The notes under the pieces are model-generated. The model was not told where the DNA came from and ran no database searches. It worked only from the letters and a program-made list of their open reading frames with translations. Shown piece after piece: positions 17,657 through 26,427 of a stretch of DNA of 64,000 bases; the first letter of the stretch is position 1, and the number at the start of each line of letters is the position of its first letter. A program made the translations under genes and the position numbers. This DNA is from a virus (lineage: Duplodnaviria; Caudoviricetes), in the IMG/VR virus record IMGVR_UViG_2751185783_000001, positions 32,001-96,000 of that record; one strand, given 5' to 3'.

Positions 17657-18358
17657 ATGACTGCCACGATCCCGCCGCATGCGGATGTGCGGGACTGCCG
17701 CCTGTACCGGTTCCGCGTCTACCACCCCGACGACATGGGCCTGCCCGCCGGGCAGCGGCGGATCGTGCTGGGCTACATCGGCGAGACCGTGCGCATGCCC
17801 ATCGCGAGGCTGATCGAGCACCTGTATGACCAGCCGTGGGCGGACACGATCGTGGGCTGGGATGTCGACCCGCGGGTCTTCGCCGGCAAGGACGCGGTGC
17901 TGGCGGCTGAGCGAGTGGCGATCGAGACGGAGCAGCCGCTCTACAACGTTGAGCACAACCGGGGTAACCCGTACCGGATTCCGCCGCCGCTGGCGATCCG
18001 GCAGCGGCGGCAGCGGGACGCCACCGACCAGGCCCGGCCGCGGTGGGTGCATCCGGACGACCGTGGTGGTGCGACCCGGGCACCGGCCCGGCCGCGCGCG
18101 GCGCAGCCTCCGGTAGTCAAGCCGTGGTCGTCGCGGCGCAAGCACCTGACGGGGCTCGGCGCGGGCTGGGCGGTGTTGTCGGCCGCGTCGTGGATCGTCC
18201 TGGCGACGCAGGGGCTGCTCAACCTGGAGACGTTCGGGGTGGTCACGGTCGTGGCGCTGGTAATGACGGTGTGGCTGTGGGCGGGCGTGCCGGTCAGCCG
18301 GAAGGGCCGGCGGAAGGCGAAGTCGCGGATCCGGCGCCGGTTGCGGGCCCGGCGGTGA
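17657..18358 (+). CDS. GIY-YIG nuclease with two C-terminal TM helices
   Basis: LYRF...GYIGET.R...RLIEH...PW...AERVAIETEQPLYN, then two hydrophobic helices and a basic tail. Confidence 0.8.
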   Translation: MTATIPPHADVRDCRLYRFRVYHPDDMGLPAGQRRIVLGYIGETVRMPIARLIEHLYDQPWADTIVGWDVDPRVFAGKDAVLAAERVAIETEQPLYNVEHNRGNPYRIPPPLAIRQRRQRDATDQARPRWVHPDDRGGATRAPARPRAAQPPVVKPWSSRRKHLTGLGAGWAVLSAASWIVLATQGLLNLETFGVVTVVALVMTVWLWAGVPVSRKGRRKAKSRIRRRLRARR

Positions 18359-18621
18359 CCCACCCGGGCTGGTGTGAGCAGTGCGAGTCCGGGCCGGGCA
18401 TGTTGCGGCACCGGTCGCGTCTGGTCCGGGTGGGTGCCCGCACGCAGTTGTCTGACCGCGGTGTGGTGTCTGTCCGGTTGTCGTCGACGGGGCATGGCCC
18501 GACATGGCTGGAGGTGCGGGTGGCGCACCGGATCGTGGCGACCGCTGAACTCGGCCTCGAGGACGCGGCGGTGCTGCGGGACGGGCTGACCTTCTTGTTG
18601 CACGCGGCGGGCCCGTCGTAG
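18355..18621 (+). CDS. Hypothetical protein (HPxWC motif)
   Basis: GTGA-coupled; THPGWCEQC...H. Confidence 0.5.
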   Translation: MTHPGWCEQCESGPGMLRHRSRLVRVGARTQLSDRGVVSVRLSSTGHGPTWLEVRVAHRIVATAELGLEDAAVLRDGLTFLLHAAGPS

Positions 18622-18717
18622 CCGCTTTGCCCGTACCTGTCGGGTGTGCGGATGGTGCTGGTCCGGGCGTCGTGGCGTAGGCCGGGGTACACATGCACCC
18701 CGGCCTATCGTCAGGAG

Positions 18718-18948
18718 ATGAACGATCACCGTCCCGCCCCAGGTCAGCCTCGTAGGAGCCCGAACGCAGGCCACGCTTGGGGCGACCCGGAAAGAGGCGG
18801 TGCGGTCACTGGAGGGTCGTCGCCTGACGGATACGTGTGGGTCAACGTGCAGCGGGCCACTGGCCTGACGGCGCGGCTCGCCCCCGACCAGGCTGAAGCG
18901 CTCGGTGATCAACTGTACGTGTGGGCGCGGCAGGCCCGCGGCCGGTAG
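18718..18948 (+). CDS. Hypothetical protein
   Basis: ATG at 18718; followed by a terminator hairpin. Confidence 0.45.
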   Translation: MNDHRPAPGQPRRSPNAGHAWGDPERGGAVTGGSSPDGYVWVNVQRATGLTARLAPDQAEALGDQLYVWARQARGR

Positions 18949-18965
18949 TCCGAGACGCAGAGATG

Positions 18966-19012
18966 GCCCCGCCCCGGCCCGAGAGCGAATCTCAGGCAGG
19001 GGCGGGGCTTTC
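18966..19012 (+). terminator. Stem-loop terminator
   Basis: GCCCCGCCCC...GGGGCGGGGC followed by TTTC. Confidence 0.55.
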
Positions 19013-19084
19013 TGCTGTTCACGGGGCACCGGAGTCGTAGCCGGGCAACTATGATCGCCGATCAACCTGATCAGGGGAGGCGGC

Positions 19085-19435
19085 ATGCGCACCACCGTCA
19101 AGGAGAACGTGCTTCGCCGGATCCCGGCGTTCGCCCGTGGCCGGCACCCGGACGACATCGGCTGGGCGCAGATCCTGGCCGCAACCGTGGCCGAGATGCT
19201 GTTCGTGGCCGCGCTCAAAGCGGTCGGCCTGGTGGTGCTCGTGTGGATCGTGCACACCCACTGGTGGCCTGCGGTGCCCGAGCTTGAGTATCCGGTTGCG
19301 GTGGCGGTCATGGTGCTGGTCCGGGCGCTCACGTTGCCTGCCTCGTGGCACAGCGAAACGCCCCCGCCCGCACCTGGCTCCCTGGCGGGGGAGCGCAGAC
19401 GCGAGCGGGGACACACGGTGCCGGGCGGGGTGTGA
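19085..19435 (+). CDS. Membrane protein
   Basis: GGGGAGG RBS; hydrophobic segments. Confidence 0.55.
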   Translation: MRTTVKENVLRRIPAFARGRHPDDIGWAQILAATVAEMLFVAALKAVGLVVLVWIVHTHWWPAVPELEYPVAVAVMVLVRALTLPASWHSETPPPAPGSLAGERRRERGHTVPGGV

Positions 19436-19481
19436 CTCGCAGAAACCGCGGACCCGCCCGGCGCGATCAGGGGGACGGCCG

Positions 19482-19829
19482 TTACTCGTACGGATCCGGC
19501 GTGGGGCCGGTTGGTCCGGCCGGGGTGACCTGGGCGCGGGTGAGGAGCATCAGCACCGCCAGCACGAGTCCGTTGACCGCGCCGACGGTTTCCTGCGAGA
19601 CGTGCAGGCCGTAGCCGGCGAACAGCGCCGCCGCCGCGGTGACCGCGTACGTGAATGCGGCGGGCGCGATCGGCCGGACGTGGATGGCGTTGATGACGCC
19701 GAGCCCGGCGTTGAACGCGGCGACGATCAGCGCGGCCTGCTCGGCGCTCAGCCAATCGAAACCAAACGTGACGATGAGGCCGAGGGCGGCGCTGAGCACG
19801 CCGAGGATCAGGGTGGGTTCACGGCGCAT
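19482..19829 (-). CDS. Actinophage holin-like membrane protein
   Basis: MRREPTLILG...four short TMs...LTRAQVTP; the REP start and RxxVTP end are seen in actinophage holins. Confidence 0.6.
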   Translation of the reverse strand: MRREPTLILGVLSAALGLIVTFGFDWLSAEQAALIVAAFNAGLGVINAIHVRPIAPAAFTYAVTAAAALFAGYGLHVSQETVGAVNGLVLAVLMLLTRAQVTPAGPTGPTPDPYE

Positions 19830-19901
19830 GCGATCTCCAAGGGGTCTGTGTGGGTGGCTGTGTGGCAGGCGGGTCCGGCACAGGGCGAGTAGGGTCCGCA
19901 T

Positions 19902-20135
19902 GTGGCGGAAGATCAAGACGTGGACCCGGTGTGGGAATGGGTCAAAGCCGAAGCCGACGCCCATCACGGCGGGGACCGGAAAGCCGCGGTCCGGGCGATC
20001 CTGACCGCCGCGTACGAGTCCGAACGGCGGCCCGGGGACCCGTGGGCGTACCTCGAAGCCCGGCAGCGCGGGCGGCCCGGCTCGGCCCGATTCTCACCGG
20101 CCGGTGCTGACCCGGTCGAGGGTGAGCCCTACTGA
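19902..20135 (+). CDS. Hypothetical protein
   Basis: 77-aa ORF in the plus-strand insert. Confidence 0.4.
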   Translation: MAEDQDVDPVWEWVKAEADAHHGGDRKAAVRAILTAAYESERRPGDPWAYLEARQRGRPGSARFSPAGADPVEGEPY

Positions 20136-20307
20136 TCGTGGCGGCCGGACAGTGCCAGCACCCGTCACAGTTCGTCCAGGTCGATGGCGAGGAACAGGCG
20201 CAGCCGCATCCCGCCTCCCGTTCCGGTTACACCCGGCCGGCACTCAATCCGCACCCGCCCGGCACCGATCAGGTGGAGGACCGGTCGGTTCGAGTGCGGG
20301 AGTTGTC

Positions 20308-20529
20308 ATGCCGAAAGAACTGCTGGCGGGCCTGTTCGTGTACGGGACGCTCGGCGCTCTCGCGCTGTGGGCGCAGTACCTGTTCATCGCCGCAGCGGTA
20401 CGCCGGGGGATTCTGACCGCTCAGAAGGTCCTGGATCGGGAGGCGCAGCGACGCCCGGTACCGCCGAAGACGGCTCCGACCGTACCTGGGGCGCCCGGTC
20501 AGGCGTGGCTGCCTCAGCATCAGGGTTGA
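20308..20529 (+). CDS. Small single-TM protein
   Basis: GGGAG RBS; MPKELLAGLFVYG...IAAAVRRGI. Confidence 0.55.
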   Translation: MPKELLAGLFVYGTLGALALWAQYLFIAAAVRRGILTAQKVLDREAQRRPVPPKTAPTVPGAPGQAWLPQHQG

Positions 20530-20532
20530 CCG

Positions 20533-20763
20533 GTGCTGCCGGTTGCGGAAGCCGCCGCGAAAGGGCCGGGCGTGGCGGGGCTGCTGCTGTGCGGCGTGTT
20601 CACGATCCTCGGGGCGCTGCTGTTCTACTGGCTGATCGCGGCGTCCGTATGCCGGGGGATCGAGCTGGCGCAGCAGCGGGCGAAGATGCGCGCCCGGAAA
20701 CGGGCGGGTGTGTCTTTGCGGAAACAGTTCGCGGAGGACTGGGAGGAGAGGCGGAAGCGTTGA
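20533..20763 (+). CDS. Small single-TM protein, paralogue of upstream gene
   Basis: TM followed by IAASVCRGI. Confidence 0.5.
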   Translation: MLPVAEAAAKGPGVAGLLLCGVFTILGALLFYWLIAASVCRGIELAQQRAKMRARKRAGVSLRKQFAEDWEERRKR

Positions 20764-20803
20764 GCCCCAGGCTTCTGCGCCCCATGTCACCCTCTCGGAG
20801 GTG

Positions 20804-20844
20804 TCTCTAGTCAGCTATAGACATAATCTCTAGCTCGCTATAGA
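20804..20844. promoter_or_regulatory. Tandem imperfect palindromic operators
   Basis: TCTCTAGTCAGCTATAGA (20804) and TCTCTAGCTCGCTATAGA (20827), upstream of an HTH gene. Confidence 0.65.
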
Positions 20845-20882
20845 TTTGGTGCATCAGGTTCCCGCCGACCACGGAGGACACG

Positions 20883-21284
20883 ATGCCCACCTACACCGTC
20901 GTGATCGAAGCCAGCAACAACGACGGCACCATCTGGCAAGCGCTCGCACCCAGCGAAACCGTCGAAGACGACGCCACCGCCGAAGACATCGCCCAGTGGA
21001 CCGCCAGCAACCAGAACATCGCCGAAGGCAACAACTGGCGCGTCCGCGTCTGGAACGGAGCCGACGCCGACATCCACACCACCCCGAACGCCGAATACGT
21101 GGCCGGCGAAGATGACCTGATCGCCGAACTCCGGATGGCCCGGCTTCGGATTGCCGAATTGACCGACCAGCGTGACAACCTCATCCAGCAGCTGATGGAC
21201 ACCGGCGTTCCGCGCGCCAGGATCGCGAACGCGGCCGGGCTGAGGGAAGCCCGTCTCTACCAGATCCGCGACGGCCGCCGGTGA
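20883..21284 (+). CDS. Protein with C-terminal HTH
   Basis: GGAGG RBS; RDNLIQQLMDTGVPRARIANAAGLREARLYQIR. Confidence 0.7.
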   Translation: MPTYTVVIEASNNDGTIWQALAPSETVEDDATAEDIAQWTASNQNIAEGNNWRVRVWNGADADIHTTPNAEYVAGEDDLIAELRMARLRIAELTDQRDNLIQQLMDTGVPRARIANAAGLREARLYQIRDGRR

Positions 21285-21333
21285 GTTCCTGGACCGCAGG
21301 CCCCAATCCTCATCTTTCCGGAAGGGCTCTCAA

Positions 21334-21699
21334 ATGATCACGCACATCGTCTACATCGGCACCGCGCCGGAAGTCCTGTCCGGCAACTGCTACGACCTCA
21401 CCATCCACCCGGTCACCCCGGTGGTCGTCGGTGTCGACGACGACAACAACGACATCATCCAGTACGAGCCCGGCGCGGACGTCGTGCTGAACACCGAACT
21501 GCCCGTGGCCGTCGGCAACGAACCCGACGAGGAGACGGGTGAGGAGCCGGTGACCCGCGCGATCTACGAGGCGGAGCAGCTGGTGCAGAAGGCGGGCTAT
21601 TCGCTGATCGATTTCGGCGGTACGGAGAGCGTCAACGATGAGGGCATCTGGTATGCGGAGACGAACGCGTTTTCCGCGTATCTGAGGTTCAACGGGTAA
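21334..21699 (+). CDS. Acidic hypothetical protein
   Basis: 121 aa, strongly D/E-rich. Confidence 0.6.
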   Translation: MITHIVYIGTAPEVLSGNCYDLTIHPVTPVVVGVDDDNNDIIQYEPGADVVLNTELPVAVGNEPDEETGEEPVTRAIYEAEQLVQKAGYSLIDFGGTESVNDEGIWYAETNAFSAYLRFNG

Positions 21700-21716
21700 A
21701 CGGTTCGTGGATTGCG

Positions 21717-21740
21717 CGGCCCCCGCTTGGGGGCCGTTTC
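21717..21740 (+). terminator. Rho-independent terminator
   Basis: CGGCCCCC-GCTT-GGGGGCCG-TTT. Confidence 0.6.
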
Positions 21741-21857
21741 CATGTGCGGGTTCGGTGGGGATTGCCGCAGCTCAGCCCGGGTGTTGGCGGCGGGGTGCGC
21801 CCACAAAGATCCACATAGGGCGTGGGAGAATCAGGAGGTCATAAATAGAGATCCCCG

Positions 21858-22646
21858 GTGAGTTCCCGCGAGGGAACCAACCGCAAGGTGGTGGAACACC
21901 AAGCGCACCGGGGCTGGACGCCTTACGAGGAGGCTTCCGATGGTTATTTTGTCATGCCCGCACTCTGTCCGCGTGCCTACGGGGGCAGCGGCGTGAAGCG
22001 GCTGTTCGACCTCGACAACGAAGAGATCCCGTTCATTCGGCGCTGGAACGCGCTCACCGCGGTTCTGCTGGTCGAGCCTTCCGTCAAGCTCGTCGCCCGC
22101 CTCGCCATGGACTTCGCCGACTTCGACGACGGCGCGTCGTGCTTCCCCAGCATCGAGATGATGACCCGCGAATCCGGGCTCAGTGACCGAACTGTCCGGA
22201 ATGGCTGGGCCGTTCTTCGGGGACTCGGCATGGCCGTCCGGGTGTCCCGGGGCGGCTCGTATCGCGGACATGCCGACGAGTACCAGTTGCAGATTCCCGA
22301 CAACTGGCGAACATTGCCCCTGCTCGGACCTCACCGCCGCAAGTTCACGTGCCCCGGCTGCGGGAACCTGTTCAACCCGGACGCCCACAGCATCCTCGCG
22401 GACAGGCTCAAGGGCAGCGCCAAGCCGGACGGCAGGCCGCGCGCGAAGGCGGGCGACGGCGTCGCGTGGATCATTGGGCGATTGGCGTTCTGCTCGTGGC
22501 CGAGCAGCACCGGCCGCAAGGGAAGCCGGGCCTGCACTGACGCGTGGGATGTGAAGCGCCGAGAGAAGGGCGAAAAGGTCTGGGATCAGACCGACGCCTC
22601 GGGGAAGTGGGCAGTGTTCTGGGAGGCGCAAGGTGATCCCTGGTAG
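21858..22646 (+). CDS. wHTH replication-initiator-like protein with Cys motif (start uncertain)
   Basis: CFPSIEMMTRESGLSDRTVRNGWAVLRGLG...EYQL (HTH_36-type); CPGC; followed directly by repeats. Confidence 0.7.
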   Translation: MSSREGTNRKVVEHQAHRGWTPYEEASDGYFVMPALCPRAYGGSGVKRLFDLDNEEIPFIRRWNALTAVLLVEPSVKLVARLAMDFADFDDGASCFPSIEMMTRESGLSDRTVRNGWAVLRGLGMAVRVSRGGSYRGHADEYQLQIPDNWRTLPLLGPHRRKFTCPGCGNLFNPDAHSILADRLKGSAKPDGRPRAKAGDGVAWIIGRLAFCSWPSSTGRKGSRACTDAWDVKRREKGEKVWDQTDASGKWAVFWEAQGDPW

Positions 22647-22649
22647 GGC

Positions 22650-22750
22650 GGTAACGGTTACCGGATGGTGGTAACGGTTACCGGTAGAGGGTGGTAACGG
22701 TTACCGGACCCCCTGGCAACGGTTACCGCACCCGGTGGTAACCGTTGCCG
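22650..22750. repeat. Iteron-like array of five 13-bp quasi-palindromes
   Basis: GGTAACGGTTACC at 22650, 22670, 22693; GGCAACGGTTACC at 22715; inverted GGTAACCGTTGCC at 22737; period 20-23 bp. Confidence 0.85.
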
Positions 22751-22855
22751 ACCACCTACTCATAGACCAACTCATAAGACCAAATCATCAAACCGTGTCC
22801 CGCGCTGCGCTTCGCTTCGACGCGGGCGCGCACGACCGAAGGAGCGATGGGGGAA

Positions 22856-22878
22856 CTGTCCGGGACAGTCCCGGACAG
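22856..22878. repeat. Perfect 11-1-11 palindrome
   Basis: CTGTCCGGGAC-A-GTCCCGGACAG. Confidence 0.7.
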
Positions 22879-23084
22879 ACTCAGGACAGGTGAGGCATCC
22901 AACCCAAACCCGCACCGGGAGTGAGCGATCCGACCGGCCCGTCGACTGCTTGCTCCCGGTGCGCCTTTGACCTTCAACCACGCACCGACGGAAGGTCAGC
23001 GTCCGGCTCGGCTGCCCGTCTACCTCCCGGCGGGCGGTGCGCAGTCTGCGAAGCCCGTGCGATGTCGGGTGCGAAGCTCGCCCG

Positions 23085-23378
23085 TCAGGTAATCAGCCCC
23101 TCCGGCCATGCCGGGGGAGGCGGTGGCTGCCCGTCGGCGATGTGCCGGCGCAGCGCACCGATGTAGTCGCCCTGGATGCGCTGGGTTCGCCGCAGGTCGG
23201 CGACCTCGCCCCGCAGGGCGGCGATCTCTTCTTGATGCTGGTCGATCATCTGCTGCCCGGCGTCCGACCGCAGCTTCCGGTTCGACCCGCGATAGGTGAA
23301 GTAGGCGGCGGCGACCACACCCAGCAGCGTCAGCGCAGGGCCGAGGAGGCTCAGGAGCGGGTCCACGACGGCTTCCAT
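23085..23378 (-). CDS. Lysis-cassette membrane protein (TM plus coiled coil)
   Basis: N-terminal TM, QQMIDQHQEE coiled coil, and PPPPAWP tail common in actinophage lysis cassettes. Confidence 0.7.
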   Translation of the reverse strand: MEAVVDPLLSLLGPALTLLGVVAAAYFTYRGSNRKLRSDAGQQMIDQHQEEIAALRGEVADLRRTQRIQGDYIGALRRHIADGQPPPPPAWPEGLIT

Positions 23379-23779
23379 CCTCCCGGAATGGGGCGGCGGG
23401 CCGCCGGTGGGATCCCTCCCGCCACCAGGTAGACGAACGCGGCGAACGCCAGCCAGATCACCGCCGACACGTAGCCGCGGTCAACCTGCCCGGCGATCCA
23501 CCCGAACAGGGCCAGCAGGCCCCAGGCGACTTTCAAGGCGACGGCGGCCATGAACGCAACCGTGTCGTAGGTGCGGAACGCGTAGATCAGGCACACCGTC
23601 CCGACCGCACCCCACACGGCGGCCCACGCCACCAGGGGCAGGACGGAACCCATGTACTCGTAGAACGCGACCATGGGCCGGGTGGCGGTGAGGAGCCCGT
23701 AGCAGTAGACGGCGTCGAGGACGAAGAAGAAGATCAGGGCTGCGCCGCGCCGGCCGATCCGTTCGGACAGGCCGCTCAC
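23351..23779 (-). CDS. Lysis-cassette four-TM membrane protein
   Basis: IGRRGAALIFF start; four TMs; coupled to the endolysin. Confidence 0.7.
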   Translation of the reverse strand: MSGLSERIGRRGAALIFFFVLDAVYCYGLLTATRPMVAFYEYMGSVLPLVAWAAVWGAVGTVCLIYAFRTYDTVAFMAAVALKVAWGLLALFGWIAGQVDRGYVSAVIWLAFAAFVYLVAGGIPPAARRPIPGGWKPSWTRS

Positions 23780-24612
23780 CGGGACGGGGCCGCAAGTTCA
23801 CGCAGCGCCCCGACGAACGCAGCCTGAAGCTGGGCGGGGGTGACGTTGATGCCGGGCAGCAGCGGAGTGAGCGCCCGGGCCAGTGCGGTCTCGTCGATCA
23901 GGTCTTTCGCGGCGAGTGCCGCCACCCCGGTTTTGGCCTGTCCGGCGCTGTCGCGGCCGGCGACCGCCGCGTTGAGGATGTTCAGCAGGAACGAGTTGAC
24001 CGTCCAGTGCGTGTTGGGGGTGCCGTCCGCGTTCTTCGACCCGGCCGGTGCGGGCACCACACCGTCGGTGCCGAGGACCGCGGTGGCGAGGGCGGCCCGC
24101 ACATCCTGGTCCTTCAGCAGCGCCAGGAATTCGGCTTTGGTCATGGTGTCCTCCTCGGCGAGGCCCCACGGCCTGACGTCGTTTTCTTGGGCGGTGGTGT
24201 AGCGGGCGGAGAAGTGCGCGTGTTCGGTGTGCGGGGACGCGCCGCTGTACGCGCGCCACGTCCAGCCCCACGACCGGGAGGCGATCCGCCGGTCGTAGAT
24301 GATGTTCTGCAACCGGTCGTCGGCCCCGGCGCGATGCCGGTCGGCGATGGTCTGCACGATCCGGCCCATCGACCAGCCGGCAGGCCACGGCCCGCTGGAG
24401 TCGACGTCGATCGCATGGACCTCGTCCACCGAGTCCGCATCCTTGCCGCGCAGCTTCGGCGACGACTCGTCCGGCAGATGATCGGAGGTGCCCGCCGCCT
24501 GGTGTGCCAGGTCGCCGATTGCCCCGTCTGACCGTTTGTCCCGGCCCGGCGCCAGGCGGTCGATCTCAGCGCGCAGGCACACCAGGCACGGCACGAGCAC
24601 CCAGCCCGCCAT
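23776..24612 (-). CDS. Endolysin (M15/LAS-type Zn peptidase)
   Basis: SDGAIGDLAH...SDH...HAIDVD...HTEHAHFS; ATG at 24612. Confidence 0.8.
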   Translation of the reverse strand: MAGWVLVPCLVCLRAEIDRLAPGRDKRSDGAIGDLAHQAAGTSDHLPDESSPKLRGKDADSVDEVHAIDVDSSGPWPAGWSMGRIVQTIADRHRAGADDRLQNIIYDRRIASRSWGWTWRAYSGASPHTEHAHFSARYTTAQENDVRPWGLAEEDTMTKAEFLALLKDQDVRAALATAVLGTDGVVPAPAGSKNADGTPNTHWTVNSFLLNILNAAVAGRDSAGQAKTGVAALAAKDLIDETALARALTPLLPGINVTPAQLQAAFVGALRELAAPSR

Positions 24613-24803
24613 CAGCCCACAGCCCTGTTCGCCTCGATCTGCCGCACCCGCCGCGCCGTCTCGATCGACTCTTCGGCGACACTGTGATGCCAGTCGTCGT
24701 GGAAGACACGGCCTTTCTCCGGGACCGCCACACCGCACACCATGCACGGGTAGAGCAGTGTTCCGGCGGGCAGCGGGATCGGCCCGATACAAATCAGACT
24801 CAC
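24612..24803 (-). CDS. Small Zn-finger-like protein
   Basis: CMVC...HDDWH; coupled on both sides. Confidence 0.5.
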   Translation of the reverse strand: MSLICIGPIPLPAGTLLYPCMVCGVAVPEKGRVFHDDWHHSVAEESIETARRVRQIEANRAVG

Positions 24804-25138
24804 GGCGCCTCCTCCGCGTCCTCGAAGCCGTCGCACGGGTCGCCGGCATGCGCCTCAGGGGAGTCGCCCAACGACACGACCGGCATCGGATCCGCGTCGA
24901 GGGGCAGCCGGTCCCAGTCGATGCGCCGTTCGCCCGTGGTCGGCCCGTGCGGGTAGATCAGGCTGTTGTCGTGGGACGTGTCGAGCAGCCACGTTCTATC
25001 GGGGCCGGGCAGATAACGCCAGGCCAGGCCGTTCAGCTTGTCGACGGCGAGGAACCCGTCCGGGTGGTCCACCGTCACGAGCTCGCCGCCGAGTGGGCCG
25101 CCCACGCAGCGGCGGTCAGGGGATGGAGAGGTCGACAC
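24800..25138 (-). CDS. Hypothetical phage protein
   Basis: CVGGPLGG motif; GGAGGAG RBS. Confidence 0.55.
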   Translation of the reverse strand: MSTSPSPDRRCVGGPLGGELVTVDHPDGFLAVDKLNGLAWRYLPGPDRTWLLDTSHDNSLIYPHGPTTGERRIDWDRLPLDADPMPVVSLGDSPEAHAGDPCDGFEDAEEAP

Positions 25139-25322
25139 GTGTCTCCTCCGGATTCCCGAACGCACGGTACGGCGCCTGCTGTGGGAGTGGTGCGGCGCGG
25201 GCGGTCAGCCGCTGGATCTCTTCTTCCTGCCGGGCCACCAGCAGCCTGAGTCTCGCGATCTCAAATTCGATCGGGTAGTCCGTCTGGATCTGCTTCAGCA
25301 GGTCGTCGGCGTCGAGATGCAC
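25116..25322 (-). CDS. Small coiled-coil phage protein
   Basis: VHLDADDLLKQIQ...EIARLRLLVARQEEEI; GAGGAG RBS. Confidence 0.5.
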   Translation of the reverse strand: MHLDADDLLKQIQTDYPIEFEIARLRLLVARQEEEIQRLTARAAPLPQQAPYRAFGNPEETRVDLSIP

Positions 25323-25394
25323 CGCGGCTCCTCTCGTTGCGGAATCGACTAACGTCGTTGGGTGATGTGCCCCCGCGCCCCGGGAGGACCGGCG

Positions 25395-25853
25395 ATGCCC
25401 GACGACACCGACCAGATCACCGTGGACGTCATCCACCACACCGGCACCGGACCCGACAAACGCACGCAGCAAAAGATCACCCAGAAGCCCGGTGAGCAGG
25501 TCACCGGTGACCTGCGCTGCCAGGAATGCGGCCCGGTGCGGACGGTCATCCGGTCCAGCCGCGACCATCGCGCCCGCATCTACGCGTACCGCACGCTCGG
25601 ATACGCGGCTGCCGGATGCGCGGTCCTGGCCGTAGCCGCACCGATCGTGAACCCGCACATGCCGACGGCCCTGCTGGTCACCTGCCTCGTGCTGGCCGCG
25701 GTGTTCGCGGTCTCCGCGATCTGGTGCACGAAAGCCGCCGCGACTGTGCCGCTGTGGGTAGGGCCCCTGCCGGGGCCACACGACATCAGGCCCGGCCGGG
25801 CACCTCAGCAGTGGGGGCCGCGCTTCGAACGCCGGAAACGACCGGGCCGCTGA
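25395..25853 (+). CDS. Antisense moron-like membrane protein (CxxC plus two TMs)
   Basis: GGAGG RBS; CQEC; two hydrophobic helices; opposite strand to the late operon. Confidence 0.55.
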   Translation: MPDDTDQITVDVIHHTGTGPDKRTQQKITQKPGEQVTGDLRCQECGPVRTVIRSSRDHRARIYAYRTLGYAAAGCAVLAVAAPIVNPHMPTALLVTCLVLAAVFAVSAIWCTKAAATVPLWVGPLPGPHDIRPGRAPQQWGPRFERRKRPGR

Positions 25854-25979
25854 CACCGGCAGGTCACCGGTGGCCGGCGGGGATCCGGTCGCAGTGCCGG
25901 CAGAAGAACAGCAGCCAACCCGTCGGGGCCTGCCGGGCGTACATGGCGAGCGGGCACCATGCGCACCTGCGCAGGCGGG

Positions 25980-26414
25980 TCACAGCGGTTTGGCGAGGAA
26001 CGCGAGCAGGCCGGGCGTGCGGGCCTGGTATTCGGTGATGCTGGCGTCGTAGAACTTCTTCAGCCCGGTCCGCAGGTCCGCCCCGGGCACGCCCAGCTTC
26101 AGCAGGTACAGGCCCTGGTCGTAGAACACCTGCCGGGCGTCGAGGTTGACCCAGCCGCCCGGGCCGGGGATAGCGTTGACCGCGGCAACGTTCGGATCCA
26201 CCTGCGGCTGGACCAGCCACTCCAGGCCGGACGATCCCTGCCGCACGTAGCCCCACAGGGTCACACCCGACACGGTGATCGAGTCGATCGACGTGGGCAG
26301 CGGCGTACCAGCCGGAATGGCGATCATCCGCCCGGCGTACTGCTGCTGCCCGGACGGGGTGTTTCCGTCGACGGCGATCGTCAGCCAGGTCGGATTGCCC
26401 AGATTCACAGGCAT
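25980..26414 (-). CDS. Hypothetical tail-region protein
   Basis: AAAGGA RBS; follows the last tail gene. Confidence 0.6.
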   Translation of the reverse strand: MPVNLGNPTWLTIAVDGNTPSGQQQYAGRMIAIPAGTPLPTSIDSITVSGVTLWGYVRQGSSGLEWLVQPQVDPNVAAVNAIPGPGGWVNLDARQVFYDQGLYLLKLGVPGADLRTGLKKFYDASITEYQARTPGLLAFLAKPL

Positions 26415-26427
26415 GACGGGGGTCCTT

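Larger units (their letters stand above)
4130..19435. mobile_element. AICE/plasmid-like region: divergent replication and transfer operons (boundaries unknown)
   Basis: TraB/FtsK-like ATPase with upstream membrane proteins on plus; HTH, helicase and PolA on minus; shared divergent promoter. No integrase in window. Confidence 0.6.

Noticed and set aside
22650-22750. Regular repeats as a CRISPR array
   Set aside because: Units are 13 bp with 7-10 bp gaps, one is inverted, and there are no cas genes; they fit iterons.
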